Source: an uncultured Gammaproteobacteria bacterium
GTDB taxonomy: Bacteria > Patescibacteriota > Patescibacteriia > UBA11705 > JABHMO01
NCBI GenBank assembly: GCA_964486065.1
Contig: CAZAKN010000002.1
Location: forward strand, 29,452 to 93,451
DNA length: 64,000 nucleotides
Reading direction: 5' to 3'
The notes beneath the pieces are model-generated. The model was not told the DNA's origin, ran no database searches, and worked only from the letters and a program-made list of their open reading frames with translations. Position 1 is the stretch's first letter. Each line of letters starts with the position of its first letter. This document shows positions 24,717-35,606 of this stretch, piece by piece. Made by a program: the position numbers and the translations under genes.

Positions 24717-27119
24717 TCAAATTACGAAACCGATTAATCTTCCTTTAACGAAAATAACTTTTTTAATTTCTTGTCCGGCCAAATATTTTTTCGCTTTGTC
24801 ACTTTGTTCGGCCAATTCTCGCACTTCACTTTCTTCGGCTTCGGGAGAAATCATGATTTTGTCTCGCACTTTACCATTGATTTGAACCACCATCTCCACT
24901 TGATCATCCACTACTAAATCAGCATTATAAACTGGCCAATCTTGCAGATGGATTGATTTATCTTCTTGAAATTCTTCATGCCACATTTCTTCAGTTAAAT
25001 GTGGCGCGAACGGAGCAAACACTCGCAAAAACAGTTTAAACGCGCCATGACTACAACCGGCTTCATAAATTTTATTGACAAAAATCATGGACGCGGAAAC
25101 AGCGGTATTAAAATGACGATTTTCAATGTCTTCGGTAATTTTCTTGATGGTTTTATGTAATTGCTTTAAAACCTCATCTTGAACTTGATCCTCGTTTACC
25201 CATTTATCAAATTGATATATGCGATCTAAAAATTTCTTCACGCCACGCAAACCATTGATATCCCAATTAACCGGCTGATTATAAGGTCCCATGAACATTT
25301 CATAAACTCGCAAAGCGTCAGCTCCGTATTCATTAACAATATCATCGGGATTGATCACATTACCTTTTGATTTACTCATCTTATTACCATCTTCCGCCAA
25401 AATCATGCCATGTGAAAACCTCCGCTTATACGGTTCGGAAACCGGTGATACTCCGATATCGTACAAAACCTTGTTCCAAAATCTTGAGTAAAGCAAATGT
25501 AAAGTGGTATGTTCCATGCCACCATTGTATAAATCCACGGGCATCCATTTTTTCATTTTTTCCCAATCCGCCAATTCCTCATCATTATGCGGATCAATAT
25601 ATCGCAAAAAATACCAAGAACTGCCCGCCCAATTGGGCATGGTGTCGGTTTCTCTTCTGGCCTTTCCGCCACAAATCGGACATTCGGTATTTACCCAATC
25701 TTCAATCGCGGCCAAAGGCGATTCTCCCGTATCGGTCGGTTCATAGCGTTCCACATGTGGCAATTCCAAAGGTAATTGATCTTCCGGCAAAGGCACCATT
25801 CCACACTTGTCGCAATAAACCACGGGAATCGGTTCACCCCAATAATGCTGTCTGGAAAAAATCCAATCACGCAAATGATAATTAACTTTTTTCTTGCCGT
25901 AATTATGCTTTTCCAACCATTTGGTAACCTTACTAACGCCCTCCGCAGGAGACAATCCATCAAAGCCTCCCGAATTTATCAACTGACCATCTTGCAAATC
26001 CGTATGCGCTTTTTTTTCAATATCACCACCACTGATGACTTGTTTTATTTCAATGCCATACTTTTTGGCAAAATCCCAATCGCGTTGATCATGCGCCGGC
26101 ACCGCCATAATCGCTCCCGTACCGTAACCAGATAAGACATAGTCAGCTATCCAAATGGGGATTTTTTCTTGATTAACCGGATTGACCGCGTAAGCACCGA
26201 TAAACACTCCGTTTTTTTCTTTTTGCAATTCCGTTCTTTCCAAATCGCTTTTCTTGATCGCCTGTTCTTGATATTTTAAAACTTCTTGTTTCCGCTCCGC
26301 GGTGGTTATCGCGTTGACCAATTCATGTTCCGGTGCCAAAACCATAAAAGTCGCGCCAAACAAAGTATCAGGTCTGGTGGTAAAAATTTTAACACTTTCT
26401 TCTCGTCCTTCAATCCCAAAATTCACTTCCGCTCCCTCACTGCGTCCGATCCAATTAATTTGCTGAGTTTTAATATGTTCCGGCCATTCCACGGTCGCCA
26501 AATCTTCTTCCAAACGATCCGCGTATTCAGTAATGGCCAACATCCATTGCTCCATGTTTTTTTTGTAAGTTTCCGCTCCGCATCGTTCACATTTCCCGTC
26601 AATAACTTCCTCATTAGCCAAACCGATTTTACAATCCGGACACCAATTGATGGGCATTTCTTTTTTATAAGCCAATCCCTTTTTTAAAAGTTGCAAAAAT
26701 ATCCATTGCGTCCATTTATAATATTGCGGATCAGTTGTATTGATCTCTCTGGACCAATCAAAACTCAAACCCAAAGCGCGCATTTGCTTTTTAAAAACCG
26801 CCACATTATCTTTGGTCACTTCCACGGGATGTTTGCCCGTTTTGATAGCAAAATTTTCCGTCGGCAACCCGAAAGCATCCCAACCCATGGGATACAAAAC
26901 ATTAAACCCTTTCATTCTTTTATAACGAGAGACAATATCCTGAGCCGCGTATCCTCGCACATGTCCCACATGCAATCCGGCGCCCGACGGATAAGGAAAT
27001 TCCACCAAACAATAAAATTTTTCTTGATCAGAATCTTGTTTTATTCGGTATAAATCATCATCTTGCCAATTCTTTTGCCATCTTTGTTCCACTTCTTGAT
27101 GCTTATATTGTTTTTTCAT
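24717..27119 (-). CDS. leuS: leucyl-tRNA synthetase
   Basis: PYPSGAGLHVGHVRGY, KMSKSKGN, 800 aa. Confidence 0.95.
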   Translation of the reverse strand: MKKQYKHQEVEQRWQKNWQDDDLYRIKQDSDQEKFYCLVEFPYPSGAGLHVGHVRGYAAQDIVSRYKRMKGFNVLYPMGWDAFGLPTENFAIKTGKHPVEVTKDNVAVFKKQMRALGLSFDWSREINTTDPQYYKWTQWIFLQLLKKGLAYKKEMPINWCPDCKIGLANEEVIDGKCERCGAETYKKNMEQWMLAITEYADRLEEDLATVEWPEHIKTQQINWIGRSEGAEVNFGIEGREESVKIFTTRPDTLFGATFMVLAPEHELVNAITTAERKQEVLKYQEQAIKKSDLERTELQKEKNGVFIGAYAVNPVNQEKIPIWIADYVLSGYGTGAIMAVPAHDQRDWDFAKKYGIEIKQVISGGDIEKKAHTDLQDGQLINSGGFDGLSPAEGVSKVTKWLEKHNYGKKKVNYHLRDWIFSRQHYWGEPIPVVYCDKCGMVPLPEDQLPLELPHVERYEPTDTGESPLAAIEDWVNTECPICGGKARRETDTMPNWAGSSWYFLRYIDPHNDEELADWEKMKKWMPVDLYNGGMEHTTLHLLYSRFWNKVLYDIGVSPVSEPYKRRFSHGMILAEDGNKMSKSKGNVINPDDIVNEYGADALRVYEMFMGPYNQPVNWDINGLRGVKKFLDRIYQFDKWVNEDQVQDEVLKQLHKTIKKITEDIENRHFNTAVSASMIFVNKIYEAGCSHGAFKLFLRVFAPFAPHLTEEMWHEEFQEDKSIHLQDWPVYNADLVVDDQVEMVVQINGKVRDKIMISPEAEESEVRELAEQSDKAKKYLAGQEIKKVIFVKGRLIGFVI

Positions 27120-27203
27120 ATTTTTGCATTAATTTACTGATATTTTAGCTTATTTCCCCGAATTAGACAAACTTGTTTAATTTTAAACAAAAATTTCAAC
27201 CAT

Positions 27204-27231
27204 TGACGAAAATTTGTTTTTTTGCTAAATT
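27204..27231 (+). promoter_or_regulatory. putative promoter TTGACG-16-(TGc)TAAATT
   Basis: ttgacg at 27204-27209, extended -10 TGcTAAATT at 27223-27231. ATG at 27273 is preceded by GAGGTG. Confidence 0.35.
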
Positions 27232-27272
27232 ATAATGTTATTTTTTAATAATCAAACACAAACGAGGTGAAA

Positions 27273-28352
27273 ATGGTACGGAAAACCAAAAACTATATCC
27301 AAGTGGAAATCAAACGAGGCAAGCATTCTCATCCTTTTGCCGAAGGCGCGCTTGACCAATTCCATGAATTGATTAAGGAAGCGGAAATAGTGGTCTTCAA
27401 AAATAAATATCCACTTCTAGGGAAGAAATATGTTTTCTTCATGAAAGAGCAAATCAAAGGCTCGCGTCATAAGCAAGGGAAAATCAGTTTTGACAAGATG
27501 GAAAACGGCAAACTATTTCTGACCAGTCAACCGAAAGGCAATGACACAGCTCGGAAATACATGCTGACCATACCAGCCGACTATCCGGATGATAGGCTTT
27601 TTGTGAAAATTTTACACCAAGCATACAAACGGATTTGCGAAAAACCACAAGTGGAGAAAAATTTGAAAAGACTGACTAAACTGGCTGACAATCCTCAAGT
27701 CAACTTGAAAAATTTAAAAAATCCACCATTGGAAGCATTGAACGCGGTCGGTTGGAAAAGTGAAAACGACTGGGAAAAAAGCGTTGAGTTGATGACAAAA
27801 CATGACTTTTTGGTCTTCAATATTCTAACAAAAAACATTCATAGCAGAATCTACAAAGAAGAACAAGCTAAACTCTCAGCTCAACGGAAAAAACGAATCC
27901 AAACAGCCCGGGAAAAGGAGCAAATCATGACCAGACAAATGATTAGTGAAGCGGATTTTGAAAAAGTCATGATCCGACTTTGCGAAATCTTGAAAGGCCA
28001 AACTTTCCGCAGTTTAGACATCACGGAACAAATGGCCACTGAAGTTGGTTTTAACAAGGTTAGTTCATTGCGGGCGCGCATCGGTATCAGTCTGAAAAAC
28101 GATCGCTATGTTGTCAACGCGACACCGGAAAAGAAGAAGAACATCGTCTACGATTGGAAGCAAGAAATCAAAGACGCGGCCAGATTCGGTGAAAAAGTGG
28201 ATCACAGTAATCCATTTGAGCGCAAAGCATGGCTGGAATTGGAGCTTGATCGGCTTGAAAACTCCGTAAAAAAGCTCCAGAAAACCATCAGGGAATATGA
28301 AGACGAGTTGGAAACTTTGGACGAGGAAGCTCTCAAACAAGCGGCCTCTTAA
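27273..28352 (+). CDS. hypothetical protein (ORFan; possible HTH near the C-terminus, C-terminal coiled-coil)
   Basis: Start taken at ATGGTACGG (GAGGTGaaa upstream) rather than the listed GTG at 27267. No family recognised. ITEQMATEVGFNKVSSLRARIG resembles a helix-turn-helix. G+C visibly higher than neighbours. Confidence 0.55.
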   Translation: MVRKTKNYIQVEIKRGKHSHPFAEGALDQFHELIKEAEIVVFKNKYPLLGKKYVFFMKEQIKGSRHKQGKISFDKMENGKLFLTSQPKGNDTARKYMLTIPADYPDDRLFVKILHQAYKRICEKPQVEKNLKRLTKLADNPQVNLKNLKNPPLEALNAVGWKSENDWEKSVELMTKHDFLVFNILTKNIHSRIYKEEQAKLSAQRKKRIQTAREKEQIMTRQMISEADFEKVMIRLCEILKGQTFRSLDITEQMATEVGFNKVSSLRARIGISLKNDRYVVNATPEKKKNIVYDWKQEIKDAARFGEKVDHSNPFERKAWLELELDRLENSVKKLQKTIREYEDELETLDEEALKQAAS

Positions 28353-28412
28353 AAAATCCATCAGATGAACGCCGAAGAACTGGCCGAATTCTTCAAACAG
28401 AATCCGGACCTG

Positions 28413-28454
28413 TTTTAAAAAAACAAGCCGCCCCTACGCGAGGGGCGGCTTTTT
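28413..28454. terminator. strong bidirectional rho-independent terminator
   Basis: 10-bp stem AGCCGCCCCT-acgcg-AGGGGCGGCT flanked by an A-run and a T-run. Confidence 0.8.
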
Positions 28455-28468
28455 AATTATTCAATATT

Positions 28469-29083
28469 TTAAAACAACTTGGCTTTCATCGGCTCAAAAC
28501 TCTTGCGATGTATCGGGCAAGCGCCCACTTCTTTAATCTTGCCAAGATGCTTTTTGGTGCCATATCCTTTATGTTCGGCAAAACCATATTCAGGATAATT
28601 TTTATCAAAAGCGTTCATCATATTATCGCGAAAAACTTTTGCCACAATGGAAGCCGCCGCGATACTGATTATTTTACGATCTCCTTTAATTATCAATTCA
28701 AACGGTGTGGAAAAAACCAATTTTGCCATATAGTCCGACAAAATAAAATCCGGTTTGATCGGCAAATACTGCCAAGCTCTTTTCATAGCCATTTTATTGG
28801 CCAAAGACAAGCCATGCTTATCAATCTCGTTTTGTCTCACTATACCGATGGACCACGCGCGACATTTCCGCATAATGATATTCAGAAGTTCGCGTCTTTT
28901 TTTATCATTTAATAATTTTGAATCTTTAATGTTTTCAAATCCTTCGCCCAAGCTCGCGTCCAAGATAACCGCGCCGGCCACCAATGGTCCGGCTAAAGCC
29001 CCACGCCCCGCTTCATCAATCCCGCAAATACATTCATAGCCTTGTCCTCTCAGCTTGTCCTCGTATAAATAATCCATAATCAT
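28469..29083 (-). CDS. rnhB: ribonuclease HII
   Basis: CGIDEAGRGALAGPLVAGAVIL... Confidence 0.9.
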   Translation of the reverse strand: MIMDYLYEDKLRGQGYECICGIDEAGRGALAGPLVAGAVILDASLGEGFENIKDSKLLNDKKRRELLNIIMRKCRAWSIGIVRQNEIDKHGLSLANKMAMKRAWQYLPIKPDFILSDYMAKLVFSTPFELIIKGDRKIISIAAASIVAKVFRDNMMNAFDKNYPEYGFAEHKGYGTKKHLGKIKEVGACPIHRKSFEPMKAKLF

Positions 29084-31029
29084 TTTTTAATGTAGATCGG
29101 ATCAACCTGTTTTTTTTCTTCAAATTTTTTCAAATACTCAACTTTTTTTTCCGTCTTTCCCAGTCTGCCGGCGAAATCAGCCGCCACTTGGTACGGATAA
29201 GGTCGTTCCGGATCCAAATTAATGGCTTTTTCCAATTTTTCAAAAACCTTATCTTCATCTTCCAAAATCACATAAGAATCCGCCCAAGACCAATACACTT
29301 CTTGAACTTGTGGTACCATTTCCGCGGCATCTTCATAATATTGATTCATTTTTTCAATGTCTCCCAAATCACGATAATACATGGCCGTGGAAATATAGCT
29401 CATAAAATTTTCCGGATAAGCTTTCAGTAAATGACGATGCATTTCTTCGGCTTTCTCTAAGTATTCTTCAACCATATCGGGTTTTTTCTCCTTGGCGATT
29501 TGGACGATCTCGGAATATATTTTGAAAAGTTCAATCTTGTATTCCATATTATAAGGCCAAACATCAACCACTTCATTTTGCATATATTCCGCTTTTTGCA
29601 AATAATTGTTTATTCGCGCGGTTTTATTGTAATTCAAATCCGCTTGCCACGGACGAATATACAGATAAGTCAACAAACAAACTAAAACCAACAAAACACC
29701 GTAAATAATCACATTATTTTCTTTGTATAATTCTTTTCTGCCTTGCTTTTCTTCCGGCGCGACCGGCTCATAAAAAATCATACCCAAAGTCATGAATAAG
29801 AAAATATAACTCATCATGGTCGGAATGGAAAAAAAGTAATTCACCATATAAGCCACCAACAATATGGTTGTGAACAAGTACAAAAGTTCTTTTTTCCTAT
29901 AATATTTCCGCAAACTGGTGTACATGGCATAGCCCATAAGCGTCATAAAACCGATAAACACGAATATTCCTTCCATAACCAAAATATCTAAATACACATT
30001 ATGTGCCCGATCAAATCGCGACTCCAAAGGCGAAATCATGTGCGTATCACGATTAAAGTAAAAAGCGTTTTGATATAATTCCTGGCCCCAACCAAACCAC
30101 GGATGTTCCATGAACGCGTTCAAACCGGTCTGCCATACATAAATTCTCTGTAAATTGGATTTTGCTTCAACTGAAAAATCACTTAAAACCTTTTGTGAAA
30201 ATGAATTTTGCAAATAACCGAAACTGGAAAGCGTTACGAAAATTAAAAGCAGTAAACAAATAGTGGCGGTAATCCAGGAAATATTTCTTTTTTTATCCCA
30301 AAAATAAATAAAAATCCCGAACGGAATAATCACCGCCAAAGTTAACATACTGCTGGAAGTATAGGTATAATAAAGAGCTAAAAGTTGAAGCAACATGCTG
30401 ACTCCCAAACCGATTCGCCAATAAATGTTTTTTATTTGTATTATTCCATATATGGAAAATGTAATGGTAAACAGTAAAAAAGCCGACAGGAACAAGGGAT
30501 TACCCAAAGTGCTGGCGATTCTGTTATATGCTCCGCTTTCCCACACTAAAAAACTGAAATCCCAACCGTTTTTTTGTAAATCACCGTACAAAGAAATCAA
30601 TCCGGCGACCAAAGATAAAGGAATCATGGAGTACAATATCTGTTTTTTATTATCCCAAAAATAAGCCAAGATCATCGCCCACATCAGTAAGTAAAAATGG
30701 GTTAAAGTTCCCTCTTGCCTATTGTAAGAACCCCAGAAACTGTAACTCAAATGAGGAGACAATAACAAACTGATCAGTTTAAAAATAAAGATAAAGCCCA
30801 AAATACAAAAAAATATTTTTTGCGCCTTTGATATTTTCTTTATTCCTCCCTCCATGAGATACATAATGAAAAACAAAATCAACCAAGTACCGATAATCAA
30901 AAATAAATAATTTTTTGGCAATTCAAAAGAGCTTCTTTGCCAAGGAGAAAAAACAATGGCGGGTACCACCAGCATGGCATAAATCAGATAATTGATAATG
31001 TGTTTGATAACATTGGCAAAATGGGTCAT
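29080..31029 (-). CDS. O-antigen ligase/polymerase-family membrane protein with C-terminal TPR repeats
   Basis: About 12 TM helices with a Wzy_C-like core, then TPR-like repeats (YYRDLGDIEKMNQYYEDAAEM...). Overlaps rnhB by 4 nt. Confidence 0.65.
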   Translation of the reverse strand: MTHFANVIKHIINYLIYAMLVVPAIVFSPWQRSSFELPKNYLFLIIGTWLILFFIMYLMEGGIKKISKAQKIFFCILGFIFIFKLISLLLSPHLSYSFWGSYNRQEGTLTHFYLLMWAMILAYFWDNKKQILYSMIPLSLVAGLISLYGDLQKNGWDFSFLVWESGAYNRIASTLGNPLFLSAFLLFTITFSIYGIIQIKNIYWRIGLGVSMLLQLLALYYTYTSSSMLTLAVIIPFGIFIYFWDKKRNISWITATICLLLLIFVTLSSFGYLQNSFSQKVLSDFSVEAKSNLQRIYVWQTGLNAFMEHPWFGWGQELYQNAFYFNRDTHMISPLESRFDRAHNVYLDILVMEGIFVFIGFMTLMGYAMYTSLRKYYRKKELLYLFTTILLVAYMVNYFFSIPTMMSYIFLFMTLGMIFYEPVAPEEKQGRKELYKENNVIIYGVLLVLVCLLTYLYIRPWQADLNYNKTARINNYLQKAEYMQNEVVDVWPYNMEYKIELFKIYSEIVQIAKEKKPDMVEEYLEKAEEMHRHLLKAYPENFMSYISTAMYYRDLGDIEKMNQYYEDAAEMVPQVQEVYWSWADSYVILEDEDKVFEKLEKAINLDPERPYPYQVAADFAGRLGKTEKKVEYLKKFEEKKQVDPIYIKK

Positions 31030-31041
31030 AGACGAAAATTT

Positions 31042-32166
31042 TTACGAATAATATATATTTATTGTTTTTTGCAACATTTTTTTAAAACAAAATTTTTCAT
31101 TCACAAACCGTTTCGCGTTTTCCCCAAGTTCACTTCCGAGTAAGGGGTTATCTATTAGTTTTTCAATACAATCAGCCAATTCATTAGCTTCACCGGGACG
31201 ACAAATCAATCCGGTTTCTTGATTAACTATTTCCGGCACCCCGCCGACTTCCGTCGCCACCACCGGCAACCCGAAAGACATTGCCTCCATTATAACATAA
31301 GGGAAACCTTCTTTAAGAGAAGATAGAACAAAAATATCCATAATCTGCAATAGCTCTGGGATATCGTTTCTAAAACCCGGCATTATAAAATTATTTTCAA
31401 TTTTATTTGCTTTAATTCTTGCTTTCAAATCTTCTCGCAACTCACCATCGCCCACCAAAACAAAATAAACATTGGGATGTTTCTTAATTATTTTACTTGA
31501 AGCGTCAATTAAATATTTAAGTCCTTTTGTTTCATAAAAATTGGCAATAGCAACTACAACCACAGAATCTTCCGGTAGTTTTAAATAATTTTTTTTAATT
31601 TTAATTTTTTCATTGCCAAGCAAGTCATTGGCCACCTTGATACCATTATGAATAACAGTCAATTTTTTTTCTGAAGAAATACCATGTTTTAAAGCGTTTT
31701 TTTTATCAAAATCAGACACGCAAATTATCCGATCGGCAAATTTATTGGCAAATTTTTCCAAATTAATAAAAATTTTTTTCTTGAATTTTGAGCCGGGCTC
31801 ATTAAAGACAAATCCATGCGCCGTAAAAATAGTTTTTTTTGTTCCGGCGAGCCAAGCAGAAATATTTCCCAAAATTTCCGCTTTGGAAGAATTAGTGTGA
31901 ACAATATCAAATTTTTCTTTTTTAATAAAAGAACGCAATTGCCAAAGACAAATCGCGTCCGTAAAAGGTCTGATCGGTCTTATTAAATTTTTCATCACCT
32001 TGACTTTCACCTCTTTTGCTTTTAAACGACTAATTAATTCACCATTCCCTCCGCATAAAACCGTAACTTGAAAATCCTCCGGCAGATTGGTCGCCAGATC
32101 AAATACATATTTTTGCGCTCCCCCCCATGAAGATTGGGTAATTATGTAGAGGATTTTAGTTTTCAT
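31042..32166 (-). CDS. family 4 glycosyltransferase (GT-B)
   Basis: KILYIITQSSWGGAQKYV... and C-terminal EGFPYVIMEAMSFGLPVVATEVGGVPEIV. Confidence 0.8.
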   Translation of the reverse strand: MKTKILYIITQSSWGGAQKYVFDLATNLPEDFQVTVLCGGNGELISRLKAKEVKVKVMKNLIRPIRPFTDAICLWQLRSFIKKEKFDIVHTNSSKAEILGNISAWLAGTKKTIFTAHGFVFNEPGSKFKKKIFINLEKFANKFADRIICVSDFDKKNALKHGISSEKKLTVIHNGIKVANDLLGNEKIKIKKNYLKLPEDSVVVVAIANFYETKGLKYLIDASSKIIKKHPNVYFVLVGDGELREDLKARIKANKIENNFIMPGFRNDIPELLQIMDIFVLSSLKEGFPYVIMEAMSFGLPVVATEVGGVPEIVNQETGLICRPGEANELADCIEKLIDNPLLGSELGENAKRFVNEKFCFKKMLQKTINIYYS

Positions 32167-32238
32167 AACATGTTAATTTTAACACTTTTACTTTACACAA
32201 TCAATCAGAAAAAAACACAAAAAGGATAACTTTTCAAA

Positions 32239-32267
32239 TTGACCGATATACGGAATTTTAGTAAAAT
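32239..32267 (+). promoter_or_regulatory. sigma70-type promoter TTGACC-17-TAAAAT for the gmd operon
   Basis: ttgacc 32239-32244, 17-nt spacer, taaaat 32262-32267. Confidence 0.5.
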
Positions 32268-32296
32268 AATGTTAATAATAAATATTACTTTCAATT

Positions 32297-33382
32297 ATGA
32301 AAAAAGCTCTAATTACCGGAGTAACCGGACAAGATGGCTCATATTTAGCTGAATTGTTGATTGAAAAAGGATATGAAGTTCACGGTATAAAGAGAAGATC
32401 CGCTTCATTTAACACTGAAAGAATAGATCATTTATATCAAGATTCCCATGAAACAAACCGAAATTTTATCCTTCATTACGGTGATCTGACAGACGCAACA
32501 AACTTAATCAAGTTAGTGCAAAAAGTTCAACCTGATGAAATATATAATCTGGGAGCTCAAAGTCATGTAAAAGTCTCCTTTGAAACCGCTGAATACACCG
32601 CCAATTCTGATGCTTTGGGAACATTAAGATTACTGGAAGCCATTAAACTCCTTAATTTGCAAGAAAAAACAAAATTTTATCAAGCATCAACCTCTGAAAT
32701 GTTCGGCGCCGCCCCCCCGCCTCAAGATGAAAATACCAAATTTCATCCTAGAAGTCCTTATGCTGTGGCAAAACTCTATTCACACTGGATTACTATTAAT
32801 TATCGCGAAGCCTATAATATGTTTGCGGTGAGTGGAATTCTTTTCAATCATGAAAGCCCTCGCAGAGGCGAAACTTTTGTGACTAGAAAAATCACTCGTG
32901 CCGCATCCAGAATCAAACTTGGACTGCAAGATAAATTATATTTGGGGAATTTAAACGCAAAACGAGATTGGGGGCATGCCAAAGATTATGTAAAAGCCAT
33001 GCATTTAATGTTACAACAAAATACTCCCCAAGACTTCGTTATTGCCACCGGCAAACAATACTCGGTTAGAGAATTTTGTGAAGCCGTCTTCAATATGCTG
33101 GATATTAATTTAACTTGGGAAGGAAGCGGATTGGATGAAAAAGGAATTGATAAATCAAACAACAAAACAATAATTGAAATTGATCCAAGCTACTTCCGTC
33201 CCACGGAAGTAAATTCTCTTCAAGGTATTCCCCAAAAAGCAAAGCAAGAATTAGGCTGGGAACCGGAAATAACCTTTAATCAATTGGTAGAAGAAATGGT
33301 TGAAAAAGATCTTAAGGATGCAAAAATGGAGCTTCATCTTAAAAAGGGAGGCTTCACCATAAATCATAATTCTGATTTTTAA
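32297..33382 (+). CDS. gmd: GDP-mannose 4,6-dehydratase
   Basis: [47 protein letters not shown]. Canonical Gmd N-terminus and SDR catalytic residues. Confidence 0.9.
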   Translation: MKKALITGVTGQDGSYLAELLIEKGYEVHGIKRRSASFNTERIDHLYQDSHETNRNFILHYGDLTDATNLIKLVQKVQPDEIYNLGAQSHVKVSFETAEYTANSDALGTLRLLEAIKLLNLQEKTKFYQASTSEMFGAAPPPQDENTKFHPRSPYAVAKLYSHWITINYREAYNMFAVSGILFNHESPRRGETFVTRKITRAASRIKLGLQDKLYLGNLNAKRDWGHAKDYVKAMHLMLQQNTPQDFVIATGKQYSVREFCEAVFNMLDINLTWEGSGLDEKGIDKSNNKTIIEIDPSYFRPTEVNSLQGIPQKAKQELGWEPEITFNQLVEEMVEKDLKDAKMELHLKKGGFTINHNSDF

Positions 33383-33384
33383 TT

Positions 33385-34341
33385 ATGGAAAAAGAATCTA
33401 AAATTTTTGTAGCAGGTCACAGGGGGCTAGTGGGTTCAGCAATCGTCAAGAACCTTCTGGAAAAAGGCTACAATAATATTATAATGAGAACTCATCAAGA
33501 ACTTGATTTAATGAACAATCAAGCGGTTTCCGATTTTTTCACACAAGAAAAACCTGAATATGTTTTTTTAGCGGCTGCTAAAGTAGGTGGTATTCTTGCT
33601 AATAATGAGTATCCGGCTGATTTTATTTATGAAAACTTACAAATACAAAATAATGTAATCCATCATTCATATTTAAATAATGTAAAGAAATTATTATTTC
33701 TTGGTTCTTCTTGTATCTATCCCAAATTATGCGAACAACCCATGAAAGAAGAATACCTGCTTTCAGGAAAACTGGAACCAACCAATGAACCCTACGCAAT
33801 TGCCAAAATCGCCGGCATAAAAATGTGTCAAAGTTATAATCGCCAATTTGGCACTAACTTCATTGCAGTTATGCCGACAAATTTATATGGACCAAACGAT
33901 AATTTTGATTTAAACACTTCCCATGTATTGCCCGCTTTAATTAGAAAATTTCACGAAGCTAAAAAAGAAAATATAGAATCTGTAGAAGTTTGGGGCACCG
34001 GCTCTCCAAAAAGAGAATTTTTGCATGTAGAGGACATGGCCGACGGTTGTGTCTTTCTCATGAATAATTTCAACCCCACAAAAGAACAAAACCAATCGGG
34101 AGAAATTTTCTTAAATCTTGGAACCGGAAAAGAAGTCTCCATAAAGGAACTGGCTGAAACAATACAAAAAATTGTCGGTTTTAAGGGAAAAATAAAATGG
34201 AATAAAAATAAACCTGACGGAACCCCTCGTAAACTCCTTGATGTCTCAAAAATGGAAAAATTGGGGTGGAATTATAAAATTGATCTTAAAGAAGGTATAA
34301 AAAAAACTTATGAGTGGTATAAAGAATACTACAATGCGTAA
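33385..34341 (+). CDS. fcl: GDP-L-fucose synthase (GDP-4-keto-6-deoxymannose epimerase/reductase)
   Basis: [15 protein letters not shown]...LGSSCIYPK...YAIAKIAG. Fcl/WcaG pattern. Confidence 0.85.
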   Translation: MEKESKIFVAGHRGLVGSAIVKNLLEKGYNNIIMRTHQELDLMNNQAVSDFFTQEKPEYVFLAAAKVGGILANNEYPADFIYENLQIQNNVIHHSYLNNVKKLLFLGSSCIYPKLCEQPMKEEYLLSGKLEPTNEPYAIAKIAGIKMCQSYNRQFGTNFIAVMPTNLYGPNDNFDLNTSHVLPALIRKFHEAKKENIESVEVWGTGSPKREFLHVEDMADGCVFLMNNFNPTKEQNQSGEIFLNLGTGKEVSIKELAETIQKIVGFKGKIKWNKNKPDGTPRKLLDVSKMEKLGWNYKIDLKEGIKKTYEWYKEYYNA

Positions 34342-35602
34342 ATATATTAAAAAAATAAAGGCAAAAACAGTTAAATTACTTCTCTGGACTCAAAAATGGA
34401 CAAAAACAGACATGCTATACCTTGCTAAAGGAGGGTTTTGGGTGACCATTGAAAAAATAATATTCAATTTAATTGGTATAGTATCAATCTTTGTTTTTGC
34501 AAACTACCTAAATCAAGAAACATATGGAAAATACCAATACATAGTTTCAATGGTGGCTATGCTTCAATTTTTCGGACTATTTGGAATAAACACATCTCTA
34601 ACATTAACAGTTGCCAAAGGAAATTCAGGAACTTTCTTTTCATCTCTTAAAGAAAAAATCAAGTGGGGAGTCATCGGCTCTTTTATATCGCTTCTTCTTG
34701 GAATCTACTATCTATCAAAACAAAACGAAATTTTGGGATATTCATTTGTTTTCGTTTCTGCTGCTATTCCTTTTATTGATTCATTATATTTATTCAAACC
34801 CTATTTAAGAGGCTTGAAAAAATTCAAAGACTACAGCATAAACAATATTACCATAAAAACACTATCAGCAGTAATCATTATAACATCTGTTTTGCTTACA
34901 AATAATTTATATATATTGATTTTTGTCACTGTCTTTCCGTCTATTTTTTTGAATTTATTTTTTACCAACAAATACCTAAAAAAGTATCCGCCAAACGAAA
35001 AAATAGACAAAGAATCAATAAACCTCGGAAAACATCTGAGCTTAATAAGCTTTTTATCAAAGTCAATGACCCATATAGATAAAATAATTATTTTTCAATT
35101 TTTGGGAGCTAAAGAAGTTGCCATTTACACCATAGCCATGACCCCAATTTCTAAAATAACCACCATGCTTTCAAGCAATATTGACACTCTTTCTCTTCCA
35201 AAAATAAGTGGAAAATCAATAAAAGAACTAAAAAAAATATTACCGCAAAAAATAAAAACATTAACATTTTTTTTGTTTTTAATAACAATTGTCTACATTA
35301 TATTCGCTCCAACATTATTTAAAATATTTCTGCCCAAATACCTTTCGTCCGTATTTCTGTCACAAATTTTTGCTTTTTCAATACTTTTATTGCCACTTAG
35401 CTTTTTCAATATATCCCTAAGCTCTCATTTCAAAAAAAAGCAATTATACTTAATAAATTTTGTCATACTGACCGTAAAAATACTATTATTTATCGTTTTA
35501 CTACCCTCATACGGAGCTCTTGGCATGATTATTTCATTATTAATTGGTGATCTGCTAAAATACATACTGTCAGCCTATATGTTTTACAAAATAAAAGAAT
35601 AA
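34334..35602 (+). CDS. polysaccharide flippase (Wzx-like, MOP superfamily)
   Basis: Start MRKYIKK overlapping the fcl stop (ATGCGTAA). About 12 TM helices with a Wzx-like topology. Confidence 0.65.
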   Translation: MRKYIKKIKAKTVKLLLWTQKWTKTDMLYLAKGGFWVTIEKIIFNLIGIVSIFVFANYLNQETYGKYQYIVSMVAMLQFFGLFGINTSLTLTVAKGNSGTFFSSLKEKIKWGVIGSFISLLLGIYYLSKQNEILGYSFVFVSAAIPFIDSLYLFKPYLRGLKKFKDYSINNITIKTLSAVIIITSVLLTNNLYILIFVTVFPSIFLNLFFTNKYLKKYPPNEKIDKESINLGKHLSLISFLSKSMTHIDKIIIFQFLGAKEVAIYTIAMTPISKITTMLSSNIDTLSLPKISGKSIKELKKILPQKIKTLTFFLFLITIVYIIFAPTLFKIFLPKYLSSVFLSQIFAFSILLLPLSFFNISLSSHFKKKQLYLINFVILTVKILLFIVLLPSYGALGMIISLLIGDLLKYILSAYMFYKIKE

Positions 35603-35606
35603 CAAA

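Noticed and set aside
28365-28418. 17-codon mini-ORF (MNAEELAEFFKQNPDLF) as an independent gene
   Set aside because: No SD, and it is too short to evaluate. Mentioned only as context inside the ORFan finding.
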